A stretch of DNA of 58,378 nucleotides from a virus (taxonomy: Duplodnaviria > Caudoviricetes). Shown one piece after another: positions 35,026-44,269 of the stretch (positions within the stretch are counted from its first letter, which is position 1; the number at the start of each line of letters is the position of its first letter). The translations under genes and the position numbers were made by a program. The DNA lies in the IMG/VR virus record IMGVR_UViG_3300032020_000004, positions 1 to 58,378 of that record. One strand, given 5' to 3'. The notes below the pieces were generated by a model. The model was not told the origin of the DNA. It saw nothing but the letters and a program-made list of their open reading frames with translations, and did no database searches.

Positions 35026-35599
35026 GAAGATAATAGATAAACTGCCAGTAGAGGAGATAAGAGCTTTATATTGGCAGGAGCAGAAGTCTACTTATGAGAT
35101 ATCACTAATCTTTGGCTGTTGCTATAGTACGATTCGTGATTTGCTGTTCAAAAATGGCGGCTTGCGTAGGAAGACAGACGCAGCCCGGTTGGCGATAGCA
35201 CAGGGTAGACGAAAGCAGAAGAATCTTCTCAAAGGGTCGGATTCGCCAAGTTGGAAAGGTGGCCGTTATGAAAGTAAAGAAGGCTATGTATTCATATATC
35301 TTCCAAATTATCATAGGGCTATGTCCAATGGTTATGTTCGGGAACATATCTTAGTTTGGGAAGAGGCGCATGGGGAAATATTGCCAAAGGGATGGGAAGT
35401 CCATCATCTCAATGGGATTAAAAATGATAATGCCCCAGACAATCTATGTGCTCTTAGGAAAAAGAAGCATCAGCTATGGATACCGGCTTTGCAAGAGCGT
35501 ATCCGCACATTAGAAAGAGCTCTAAAGGATATAGCTGCTCACTGTGCTGAAGAGGGTAAGGATATAAATGCCGAGATGGTTAAGAGACTTGTTGGCTAG
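35012..35599 (+). CDS. HNH homing endonuclease with N-terminal HTH
   Basis: WKGGR, YVREHILVWE and VHHLNGIKNDN motifs. Confidence 0.92.
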   Translation: MPRGKKIIDKLPVEEIRALYWQEQKSTYEISLIFGCCYSTIRDLLFKNGGLRRKTDAARLAIAQGRRKQKNLLKGSDSPSWKGGRYESKEGYVFIYLPNYHRAMSNGYVREHILVWEEAHGEILPKGWEVHHLNGIKNDNAPDNLCALRKKKHQLWIPALQERIRTLERALKDIAAHCAEEGKDINAEMVKRLVG

Positions 35600-35716
35600 G
35601 TTTTTTCAGAAGCGGAGGCAGTTTGTTAGTTACGGCGGCTTCCCGAGGAACAGTAGAGACATAAGGTTACATAGACGGAAGAGATGGATATTTTTCGGAA
35701 AGGAGAGTGTAGATAG

Positions 35717-36241
35717 ATGACTGTAACGATTGCTGCATTGCAAGAGGCGGTAGCAAAAGAACTGGGGGTGGAGAAGGTAGGCTTTGATGCTAAGTCAGGC
35801 AAGTTCATGTGCCGGTGTGGGCGGTGTGGCCAGATGGAAGTATCAGGTGGTACAGTGCAGGGGTTATATGAACAGCACCAGCTAGAGAGGTTGAAGAAAG
35901 TGCATGATAACAAAGTTTTGAAGAGAGAAGGAGTGATTGCCCGAGGTACGAATTTCAAGCAGCCACCGGAAGAAGTGCTGAAGTGGCTGTTTGAGGCGAA
36001 GGTAGATATCAGCGATGTGTACCGGCTCAGGGTGCTGAAGAGAAATGGTGGTGACAGTGCTGAGGTAGGGTTGTGGTTGTTCTGCCGTAACGATAAGGGT
36101 TACAGGTATGTAGGTCCTGATGGCAAGCCTGCTCGCAAGTCAGTGAAGATGATTTGCAAAGAACTGCCCAAGTTCATTGAGGATGAATATGGGTATCCCA
36201 TGGAGCAATATGGTGATGAAACGGAGCTACCAGGGGAGTAA
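35717..36241 (+). CDS. Hypothetical protein
   Basis: AAGGAG RBS, 174 aa. Confidence 0.65.
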   Translation: MTVTIAALQEAVAKELGVEKVGFDAKSGKFMCRCGRCGQMEVSGGTVQGLYEQHQLERLKKVHDNKVLKREGVIARGTNFKQPPEEVLKWLFEAKVDISDVYRLRVLKRNGGDSAEVGLWLFCRNDKGYRYVGPDGKPARKSVKMICKELPKFIEDEYGYPMEQYGDETELPGE

Positions 36242-36252
36242 AGGGGGGTAAT

Positions 36253-36744
36253 ATGCTGATAAACTGGTTTCTGAATAGCAAGACTGGTATGGCCGAGTGG
36301 AGGATTACCACTGCTGAATGCAATTTTTACTTTCAGCAGCCGCTTGACAGCTTTTTTAAGCTGGTAGATGGGCTGCACGAAGCGTGCTGCAGTGTAAAGG
36401 CTATGATGCAGGATGGGCTTGACTCAAAAGCAGCTATTGCGGAGTGGCAGAGGATGATTCGAGAGGAACAGGAGAGTGAAGCTAAAGAGAAGTCGCAGCT
36501 TAGCTGTGTACTGAAGGACGATAAAGGTAATGTTGTTGGTGAGACTGACAGGCTGTATGAAGTATCCGGCGATGAGGTTATGTTTGATGAGGTGTTGGTG
36601 AAAGGCAGTATCGGTGATAAGGTCTGGTATAATGGCCAGTCTTTGGCTGTGGTAAGCATTGCCAGCCAAATTGGTTTGCTGGTTGATGGTAGAGGCGCTC
36701 GGGGACCGGTGATGCACGGTGTTCGATGTAAGGTGGTGAAATGA
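36253..36744 (+). CDS. Hypothetical protein
   Basis: 163-aa ORF within operon. Confidence 0.6.
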   Translation: MLINWFLNSKTGMAEWRITTAECNFYFQQPLDSFFKLVDGLHEACCSVKAMMQDGLDSKAAIAEWQRMIREEQESEAKEKSQLSCVLKDDKGNVVGETDRLYEVSGDEVMFDEVLVKGSIGDKVWYNGQSLAVVSIASQIGLLVDGRGARGPVMHGVRCKVVK

Positions 36745-37106
36745 TGGAACAGACATGGGCTGACAAGTTGTCATTTTGGTTTGAAAGGTCGCATTACTGG
36801 CGGGGGCAGCAGGTGAATCCGTATTACTGGTACTGGCATGATTATCGGTGCCGGCTAGAGCCCTGGACTTACGAATGGCGAAGACATGTGAAGAAGTGGT
36901 GGTGGGTTGTTCTATTGAAATTAGTGCTAGGCGGAGGTGCTCTTATCTGGTTGTTGCTATTCCCATGCAGCCATGCCGCGACCTGGGTAAAGGTTATTGT
37001 CATGGTGGCAGCCATAATCCTTGTGGGTTTCTATGCCTGGCTGCTTTTGCATCTGGGGTGCTTTGCCCTGCGGTTCTATAATAAAATTAAGGGAAGGAGA
37101 AGTTAA
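36741..37106 (+). CDS. Trp-rich 2-TM membrane protein
   Basis: Two hydrophobic helices; aromatic N-terminus. Confidence 0.65.
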   Translation: MMEQTWADKLSFWFERSHYWRGQQVNPYYWYWHDYRCRLEPWTYEWRRHVKKWWWVVLLKLVLGGGALIWLLLFPCSHAATWVKVIVMVAAIILVGFYAWLLLHLGCFALRFYNKIKGRRS

Positions 37107-37553
37107 ATGGCCTTGAAAAAGAGATTAGATGCAATAACATTAGCTTATGTGGCAGGCATTGTTGATGGAGAAGGCTGTATCAGGATTGATAAAGCTAAGG
37201 GGCGTACAAGTAAAAGAGGATATTGTTATGTTCTTGTACTAACAGTCAGCAACACCAACGAATGGCTTTGTCAACATCTGAAAAATTTATTTGGCGGATG
37301 CACTTTTGCCTGTTACCATCAGAAACCGCGAAAAGTCTGTTGGGAATGGAGGGTTGCTGCATTAAAAGCTAGGGCAGTATTAGAACAGATTGCTCCTTAT
37401 CTAACCATTAAGAAGCCACAGGCTGAATTAGCACTTCAATTTCAGAAACGCCGAAGGCATAGGGGTGGGAGGATTGGAATGACTGAAGCAGAATTAGCAG
37501 TAGATGAAGCTGAATTTATTATTATGAAAGCTCTCAAAACAGGAGGTGGATGA
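37107..37553 (+). CDS. LAGLIDADG homing endonuclease
   Basis: LAYVAGIVDGEG and PYLTIKKPQAE motifs. Confidence 0.92.
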   Translation: MALKKRLDAITLAYVAGIVDGEGCIRIDKAKGRTSKRGYCYVLVLTVSNTNEWLCQHLKNLFGGCTFACYHQKPRKVCWEWRVAALKARAVLEQIAPYLTIKKPQAELALQFQKRRRHRGGRIGMTEAELAVDEAEFIIMKALKTGGG

Positions 37554-38416
37554 TGAATCAATTTATTGGGGGATGGTTAAAAGATAAGTATGACCGAAGA
37601 GATTTTTTACGTAAGGCGACTTTCAAGGAGATTCCGCCAGTTGTTGTACTCGAGGAGTATCTGCCGGAGGTCAGGGTTCAGGGAAATGTTGGCTCCTGTG
37701 TCGGGTTTGGTATAGGCGCTAACCTAGTAGCCAGGGCGAAAAGGTTTGGTGCTTATACTGAATGGTTCAGCCCGACCTGGATTTACAACGGCGCCAGGTA
37801 TCTTGAGGGCACGCTGACGCAAGATAATGGCTGCTACCCCAGAGATGCTCTGCACTGGCTATATCAGAAGGGGTGTCTTTTGGAGCAGTTCTGGCTGTAT
37901 GACCCGGAGGAACTGGATCTCATGGCACCGCCTTCGCATTTGGAACCAGAGGCGGCTAAGTATCCTTTACTGTCCTACTATCGTGTCGTGGATGGAGTCA
38001 CTGGTATATGTGAGGCACTGGCTGATGGGCATTATGTCTCTATCGGCACGCCGTGGTTTGATAAGTGGATAAGCCCTAAAGATGACAGACTGGCCGAGGT
38101 GAGTATCCGTGATTCGGTAGCTGGCGGACATGAGACTTGTCTTTGGGGCTATGATAAACAGGCACAAGTATTCTTTGGCGTAAATAGTTGGGGCACTGAG
38201 TGGGGTGATAGAGGATTGTTTACGATGCCTTTCTCTGCCTTTGATGTGTTCAAGCAGAAGGGTGGGTATGATGCTCACTATATTGGCTTGGAGGCAGCTC
38301 CGGAGGAGACTGAGGAAAAGGATAGCTCTTGTCCATTTGCCAAAGGATATGCTGGGCTGGGCAATCTAATTGCTAGGCTCCTTGGGAGTCATTCGAGGGT
38401 AAAGGCAGTAGGATGA
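37550..38416 (+). CDS. Papain-like C1 cysteine peptidase
   Basis: QGNVGSCVGF (Gln/Cys), GGHETCLWGY (His), NSWGTEWG (Asn). Confidence 0.93.
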   Translation: MMNQFIGGWLKDKYDRRDFLRKATFKEIPPVVVLEEYLPEVRVQGNVGSCVGFGIGANLVARAKRFGAYTEWFSPTWIYNGARYLEGTLTQDNGCYPRDALHWLYQKGCLLEQFWLYDPEELDLMAPPSHLEPEAAKYPLLSYYRVVDGVTGICEALADGHYVSIGTPWFDKWISPKDDRLAEVSIRDSVAGGHETCLWGYDKQAQVFFGVNSWGTEWGDRGLFTMPFSAFDVFKQKGGYDAHYIGLEAAPEETEEKDSSCPFAKGYAGLGNLIARLLGSHSRVKAVG

Positions 38417-38450
38417 CCTTTGAGGAGATTGTGGGGAGACTACCAAAGCT

Positions 38451-39215
38451 ATGAACTTATTAAGAGAAGTTGCAGAAAAAGTAAATAGACCATTCTCAGT
38501 TAAGTTGGCTGAGACTAGGGAAGTTATTAAACACCACTTTGAGGAGTTTGGCAATAAGGTGGCAGTTGCTTTTTCTGGCGGTAAGGATAGCGAGGTTGTT
38601 CTTTGGCTATGTCTCCAAATCAATCCGAATGTGCCAGTAGTATTTAATAATACGGGCGTTGAATATCCTGAGACAGTTAATTTTGTGGCGAAGTTAGCTG
38701 AGGAGTGGAACTTAAATCTAATCGTTACTCATCCCGAAAAAAGTTTCTGGGAATGTATTGAACAATATGGATTTGCCAAGGGTAAGACAATGAAAGGAAA
38801 GGGCAATGCCCGATGTTGTTATTGGCTTAAAGAAAAGCCGATGCTTTTGGCGATACGCCAGAATGATTGGCTTGGTTATTTTACGGGAGAAACAGCAAGT
38901 GAAAACCGCAATCGGATGTTTTGGGCTAAAGAGAAGGGTATGTGCTCACACCTTAAAAATGAGGATGTGTGTAAAATAAAACCGATATTGTGGTGGACTG
39001 AAGCGGAAGTTTGGGACTTTATTCACAAAGAGGGCTTACCACTCAATGAGGCTTACATCAAGGGAGCAAAAAGGGTTGGCTGTTTGCCTTGCACAGCTTA
39101 TAGCAAGTGGGAACAAGAGATGCAGAGACTTAACCCAAAGCTCTATGAAATTATTAAGTTGAGAAAGGATAATCAATATGTCATGCGACTTCCAATGGCT
39201 GTTCCCAATCCGTAA
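38451..39215 (+). CDS. PAPS reductase-family (CysH/DndC-like) protein
   Basis: AFSGGKDS PP-loop, CCYWLKEKP, PILWWT and RVGCLPC motifs. Confidence 0.92.
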   Translation: MNLLREVAEKVNRPFSVKLAETREVIKHHFEEFGNKVAVAFSGGKDSEVVLWLCLQINPNVPVVFNNTGVEYPETVNFVAKLAEEWNLNLIVTHPEKSFWECIEQYGFAKGKTMKGKGNARCCYWLKEKPMLLAIRQNDWLGYFTGETASENRNRMFWAKEKGMCSHLKNEDVCKIKPILWWTEAEVWDFIHKEGLPLNEAYIKGAKRVGCLPCTAYSKWEQEMQRLNPKLYEIIKLRKDNQYVMRLPMAVPNP

Positions 39216-39274
39216 TGAGACTGTAGGATGACCCTTGAGGAGATTATAGGGAGACTAAATGAAAGGAGGAGAAG

Positions 39275-39448
39275 ATGGAGATACCACTTGAGGTGATTAA
39301 ATGGCTAAAAAACAATGCCTATGCTGTAAAGGAGAAAGACTACTGGTTTTTATCTGACTTCCCGCCTGATATGGTTCCCGAAAAACTTGAAATTCCAATG
39401 AGAAGCAGGATGTGGAAGTTAATAGTTAAGATAACTACCCTGGAATAA
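39275..39448 (+). CDS. Small hypothetical protein (57 aa, absent from the ORF track)
   Basis: AAGGAGG RBS; lies between repeat copies 2 and 3. Confidence 0.6.
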   Translation: MEIPLEVIKWLKNNAYAVKEKDYWFLSDFPPDMVPEKLEIPMRSRMWKLIVKITTLE

Positions 39449-39520
39449 GGCAGGAGATGCCCAATCCGTAATGAGACTGTAGGATGACCCTTGAGGAGAT
39501 TGTGGGGAAAGGAGAAGACA

Positions 39521-39694
39521 ATGATATGCACTAGATGCGGAAGGGAATTAGCCGAATGGCACTTTGGGGAAGAGCATTATTGTCAAATGTGTTGGGAGGC
39601 TCATTGCAGCGAAGAGTGGTGGCGATTAAATGTTTGGCAGAATGGAATCTTCCCAATCCGTAATGAGAGTATAGAATATGAACCCATATTTTGA
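39521..39694 (+). CDS. Small Zn-finger protein
   Basis: MICTRCG...YCQMCWEAHC; AAGGAG RBS; lies between repeat copies 3 and 4. Confidence 0.65.
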   Translation: MICTRCGRELAEWHFGEEHYCQMCWEAHCSEEWWRLNVWQNGIFPIRNESIEYEPIF

Positions 39695-40757
39695 AGATAA
39701 TCTGGTAAAAATCTATAACGGCGATGCACGCAATATGAGCAAATTGCTAGATAATTCCGTTCAATGCGTGGTGACTTCTCCACCATACTGGGGTTTAAGA
39801 AAGTATTCTGGCTTACCTGATTTGATATGGGGGAATAAGGATTGTGAGCATAGGTGGGGGAATATAATCCCCAATCCGATGTGTAAATCAGGTAAGCACA
39901 GTTCAAAAAGCATTGTCGCCGAAGGCACTAAAATAGCTGAGCACGAGATTAGGATAAATAGCAATCAAGGCTCGTTCTGTTCTCTCTGCGGTGCGTGGAA
40001 AGGTCAGTTAGGGCTTGAACCTACACCCGAACTCTATCTTGACCATCTTGTTGAGATATGCCGTGAGATAAAAAGAGTAATGAGAAAGGACGGCGTATTT
40101 TTCCTTAATTGCGGGGATAGCTATATGAGCCACGGTGGGGACAGGTCTAAAATTGGTGGTTTTCAAGCTAATCCTAATCAAGACAGATTGGAAGCAGAAA
40201 ACTCTATGTCTATGAAGAAGAAAACAAATGATATTCTAAAAGATAAAGACCTTTGCTTAATACCGTTCCGTCTAGCTATTGCCCTACAGAGTGATGGCTG
40301 GTGGGTAAGGTCGATTATTATCTGGTCAAAGCCCAATCCTATGCCAGAGAGCGTTACCGATAGACCCACAGAGAGCCACGAATATATCTTACTTTTAACA
40401 AAATCGGCTCGCTATTACTGGGATGCGGAGGCGGTGCGAGAACCCTATACCGAACCACTGAATCGCTGGGGTGGCCCCGAATTCCGAGATAGTAGCCATA
40501 ATATTAGAAGTGTCTGGGAATTTCCCACACAACCTTACCCCGAAGCCCACTTTGCCGTATTCCCAGAGAAGTTACCAGAGATATGTATTAAGGCAGCCAG
40601 TAAAGTAGGTGACCTAATCCTTGACCCCTTTGTAGGGAGTGGGACTACTCTATGGGTAGCAAAGAAATTGGGTAGGCGGGCTGTGGGGTATGAGTTATCA
40701 GAAGAATACTGTCAGCTTGCCCTTGAAAGAAATAGGCAGATGGCTATGGAAGTATAA
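39678..40757 (+). CDS. Beta-class N4-cytosine/N6-adenine DNA methyltransferase
   Basis: VTSPPY motif IV precedes LDPFVGSGTT motif I. Confidence 0.95.
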   Translation: MNPYFEDNLVKIYNGDARNMSKLLDNSVQCVVTSPPYWGLRKYSGLPDLIWGNKDCEHRWGNIIPNPMCKSGKHSSKSIVAEGTKIAEHEIRINSNQGSFCSLCGAWKGQLGLEPTPELYLDHLVEICREIKRVMRKDGVFFLNCGDSYMSHGGDRSKIGGFQANPNQDRLEAENSMSMKKKTNDILKDKDLCLIPFRLAIALQSDGWWVRSIIIWSKPNPMPESVTDRPTESHEYILLLTKSARYYWDAEAVREPYTEPLNRWGGPEFRDSSHNIRSVWEFPTQPYPEAHFAVFPEKLPEICIKAASKVGDLILDPFVGSGTTLWVAKKLGRRAVGYELSEEYCQLALERNRQMAMEV

Positions 40758-40760
40758 AAT

Positions 40761-40913
40761 ATGATATGTCCCTATTTTACAAAAACTAAAATTAAGTTAC
40801 GCAAGAAACACACTATTGCGGATGAGTGCCAAGTCTGCCCATTAAGGGACGAAACAGGAGACTGTATAAAAGACATACACGAAGATGCTAGTGAAATGGC
40901 TTTGAAATGCTAG
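40761..40913 (+). CDS. Small Cys-rich protein (50 aa)
   Basis: MICPY...CQVCP...C. Confidence 0.45.
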   Translation: MICPYFTKTKIKLRKKHTIADECQVCPLRDETGDCIKDIHEDASEMALKC

Positions 40914-40938
40914 ATTAGGGTTGTAATTCGACAGCGAA

Positions 40939-41493
40939 ATGAAAAAATCGAGTAAAGCTAAAACAGATAAAAGCACAGTGCGAAAGTACCGACACTTCGA
41001 TGAATTGCGGGATTGTCTGGCAAGTGGATGGTCTGTGCCGGCAGTGCATGAATATTTGATTAAGCGCTATGGTCCGGATGGGATACCAACTGCTACAGCT
41101 ATAATGAGATGGCGAGATAAACACTTGGAGCCAGCGGCCCGTGTGATACCGCACCAGGTCATACAGAGCAAGCTCAAAGGAGTGGCGTTCAGAGTTGATG
41201 TCATTGGGCACCTGAGCCGGCTGATTGCTCTGTGTGAGGACAGGGTAGCTCGAGGCATTGCTAAGGAGGATGAGTTTATGGGGATGCCGCTGGCAGTCAA
41301 CGATGGTGTGATACAAGTGTACCTGCAGGCGATAATGGATTATTTGAAGGTAGCACAGGACTTAAACTTGCTGCCAAGCCCGCCACCGCCGCTGTTTGAT
41401 TTCAGGTCGCAGACCCTGGTGGTTTCTCCGGAGACTTTAATCAGGCTGAAGGAGACAGTGAGGGAGATTAAGGCGATGGAAATTGCAAACTAG
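40939..41493 (+). CDS. Putative terminase small subunit
   Basis: N-terminal HTH-like segment and helical C-terminus; upstream of the large terminase. Confidence 0.55.
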   Translation: MKKSSKAKTDKSTVRKYRHFDELRDCLASGWSVPAVHEYLIKRYGPDGIPTATAIMRWRDKHLEPAARVIPHQVIQSKLKGVAFRVDVIGHLSRLIALCEDRVARGIAKEDEFMGMPLAVNDGVIQVYLQAIMDYLKVAQDLNLLPSPPPPLFDFRSQTLVVSPETLIRLKETVREIKAMEIAN

Positions 41494-41671
41494 CATAAGG
41501 TGGCAAATGGCTAATACAGTGTGTTGGTGTGTTAAATGCAAAAAGGAGGTAGTCCCAGTGCGGGGTGAGTTCCAGCATCCTCATTTGGGGAGTCAGAGTT
41601 GCTTGATTTGCCCGGATTGTCACAGCATGGTGATACCGAAGGATGAAACCAGACCGAAGGAGCCTGCATGA
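41483..41671 (+). CDS. Small Zn-ribbon protein
   Basis: WCVKCKK...ICPDC. Confidence 0.6.
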   Translation: MQTSIRWQMANTVCWCVKCKKEVVPVRGEFQHPHLGSQSCLICPDCHSMVIPKDETRPKEPA

Positions 41672-41812
41672 AGCCGCCACTGACCGCTAGTAAGTATGAT
41701 GACTACCAGACGCCGCCGAAGGCGTTAAAGGTTATACCAGAATGATTACAAACCCGGATGGGACAAAGATGATGTGGTTGTGGTTTGATGATTCCCGAGG
41801 AGAGGCCAGCCG

Positions 41813-44209
41813 ATGACGACTGAAGTAATTGCAGCGCTGCCACCTGAAATAGAAGAGTACCGGCAGCTGATTAAGAGCCGGCTGAGGTGGCATACTCGCT
41901 TTGTTCATGGGTATAGTATGCCTTGGCATCAGCTGGTCTGGACTGAGGCACTCGAGGATTTTTCCATCAAGCGTCTGCTGATTGTTGCACCGCCTAAGTA
42001 TGGTAAGGCTTTAGCTTTAGATACACCAATACCAGTCCCGACAGGCTGGAAGACTATGGGAGAATTAAAAGTTGGCGACGCTGTATTCGCTGGTGATGGT
42101 ACGGTCACGAATGTGGTTGGCGTGTCACCGATTTGGAGAGGCCGTCGCGTGTTTCGCGTCGAGGATAAACTAGGTCATTATGTAATCGCTGATGCTGCAC
42201 ACGAATGGATAGTGCGATTGAACCGTGAACGGCCCACGGTGTATACAAGGCATGAGACGGAATGGCTTTATAGGCGCCAGCACGGATTATCTGGCGCTCG
42301 AGCATTTTATCTGGGGGTGCATGGTGGATTAAAACTCCCTGACGTTCCGTTGCCGATACCACCATATACATTAGGTGTCTGGCTAGGAGATGGAGACTCA
42401 GACGCTGGTAGATTCACCTGCGGCGATGCGGACCGGGCCTTCATTTCATCTGAGATAAGAAAAGATGGATTCCAAGTAAAAGACCGCACTAGGTTAAGAG
42501 CCACTATTTACGGGCTGTCTCGCTTATTAAGGATAAATGGACTATTGCAGCACAAGAAAATCCCTGCGGAGTATCTGAGGGCATCGCCGAATCAGAGATT
42601 GTCTCTGTTACAAGGTTTAATGGATACCGACGGGTATGTTGCTAAAGACGGTGATGGCGGTGAGTTTTGCAATATGAATGAGGGGTTGGCTGAACAGGTT
42701 GCCGAACTGGTGGTATCGCTCGGTATGAAGTGCTCTTTGGTTTCTGGTAACGCCATCTGTCAAGGGAAGGACTGTGGTAAAAAATACCGTGTTCTGTTAC
42801 GTGGCGAGAGTGTCTTTCGCTTGCCCCGCAAACTGGCGAGATGCCATAAATCATCAAGGTCTGGTCATTATATCACCATATTGCCTGCGGGGGTGGCTGA
42901 TACTAAATGTATAGAGGTTGAGCATAATTCCCATACTTTCCTGGCGGGAAAGGGTATGTTTCCAACCTGTAATTCTCCGGCGGTCGGTGTTGACTACTTG
43001 GGCTGGCGCATTGGCAATAACCCAGAGGGGTATCATTGTATCTACGTGTCGAACACAGTGTTACAGGCTAATAGGTTCAGCGTAGCCCTGCGTGACACGA
43101 TTGCCTACAATGAGAACTACCGCTTTCTGTATGGCTTGGAGCCTGATGTTAATAAGGGATGGGCGGAAAGGGAGTGGTTTGTCAAAAGAACTAATGAGGC
43201 AGATAAGGACCCGACGCTGCAGGCCTGTGGTGTAGGTGGGCCGCTTCTTGGCGCTACTGTAGAGGAGGTCATATTTGATGATATAGCTGACCAGGAGAAT
43301 ATGGCGACTGAGTATCAGAGGCAGAAGCTAATGGAGTGGGTTAGAGGAACGCCTATGAGCCGTCTGGTCCCTGGGGCGACTAGAGTGATTATGATTTGCA
43401 CTCGGTGGCATGAGAACGATCCGGCTGGCGAGTTTGAGAAAGAAGGCTGGGTAGTTATACAGCAGCAGGCGATTGATGAGGATGGGAAGCTGACCTATCC
43501 AGGCTATTGGACGTGGGAAGATTTAGAGGACCGGCGCCGAGACCTTGGCAACAGACTGTTTGAGATGATGTTTCAGGGCAGGGTAATGCCGGCTGAAGGT
43601 GGTATTATCAGGAAGGAGTGGTGGAGGTACTGGAAGCAGGGCATGGCTCCTTGGCAATTGCCTATCGACAGCTCAGATTTTAAGCCAATCAGGGGGATAG
43701 TTCAGAGCTGGGATACAGCATTCAAGGAGAAGCAGGCTAATGATTTCAGTGCCTGTTCTACTTGGGCTGTATTAGATACTGGCTATTATTTGCTGGATGT
43801 CTGGCGAGGCAAGGTGGAGTTCCCGAGGCTGAAGCAGGTGGCTGTGAGCCTGCATGACCAGTGGAAGCCGATAGCGGTATTGATTGAGGATGCCGCTTCC
43901 GGCCAGTCGCTGATTCAGGAGTTAAAATCTAATACCAGAATACCGGTGATTGCCATTAAGGTTGACAAAGACAAGGTGTCCAGAGCTCATGCGGTGACCC
44001 CGATGTTTGAAGCTGGTAAGGTGTTCTTGCCCGAAGAAGCACCCTGGAGGCCGCAGTTTGAGTATGAGCATGAGATATTCCCCGGTGGTATCAATGATGA
44101 CCAGGTGGACACGACCACGCAGTTTCTGAACTGGGCGAGGAGATATGTGGTAACTGGCCCACAGAAGGCAACAGGGCTGGAGAAGAAATCGATGTGGAAG
44201 GTGGTATAA
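41813..44209 (+). CDS. terL: Terminase large subunit containing an intein
   Basis: Walker A PPKYGK|S, IFDD, TRWHEND; nuclease motifs SWDTA, IEDAASG and DDQVD. Confidence 0.97.
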   Translation: MTTEVIAALPPEIEEYRQLIKSRLRWHTRFVHGYSMPWHQLVWTEALEDFSIKRLLIVAPPKYGKALALDTPIPVPTGWKTMGELKVGDAVFAGDGTVTNVVGVSPIWRGRRVFRVEDKLGHYVIADAAHEWIVRLNRERPTVYTRHETEWLYRRQHGLSGARAFYLGVHGGLKLPDVPLPIPPYTLGVWLGDGDSDAGRFTCGDADRAFISSEIRKDGFQVKDRTRLRATIYGLSRLLRINGLLQHKKIPAEYLRASPNQRLSLLQGLMDTDGYVAKDGDGGEFCNMNEGLAEQVAELVVSLGMKCSLVSGNAICQGKDCGKKYRVLLRGESVFRLPRKLARCHKSSRSGHYITILPAGVADTKCIEVEHNSHTFLAGKGMFPTCNSPAVGVDYLGWRIGNNPEGYHCIYVSNTVLQANRFSVALRDTIAYNENYRFLYGLEPDVNKGWAEREWFVKRTNEADKDPTLQACGVGGPLLGATVEEVIFDDIADQENMATEYQRQKLMEWVRGTPMSRLVPGATRVIMICTRWHENDPAGEFEKEGWVVIQQQAIDEDGKLTYPGYWTWEDLEDRRRDLGNRLFEMMFQGRVMPAEGGIIRKEWWRYWKQGMAPWQLPIDSSDFKPIRGIVQSWDTAFKEKQANDFSACSTWAVLDTGYYLLDVWRGKVEFPRLKQVAVSLHDQWKPIAVLIEDAASGQSLIQELKSNTRIPVIAIKVDKDKVSRAHAVTPMFEAGKVFLPEEAPWRPQFEYEHEIFPGGINDDQVDTTTQFLNWARRYVVTGPQKATGLEKKSMWKVV
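42008..42973 (+). mobile_element. Class 3 intein with LAGLIDADG endonuclease (322 aa)
   Basis: Starts ALALDTPIP (Ala1); W in ADAAHEW, C in TKCIEV, T in PTCN|S; endonuclease motifs LGVWLGDG and LQGLMDTDG. Confidence 0.92.
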
Positions 44210-44269
44210 TGGACAAAGGGGCATTGACGCAAAGTAGTTTGCAGGTGAAAATGAATAAAGAGGAGGTGG

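Larger units (their letters stand above)
38408..39668 (+). repeat. Dispersed ~54-bp gene-boundary repeat, 4 copies (38408-38442, 39204-39257, 39460-39508, 39650-39668)
   Basis: Consensus CCCAATCCGTAATGAGACTGTAGGATGACCCTTGAGGAGATTGTGGGGAGACTA; the first and last copies are right and left halves. Confidence 0.92.

Noticed and set aside
38408-39668. CRISPR array
   Set aside because: The intervening sequences are ~140-760 bp and encode whole genes; no cas operon is present.
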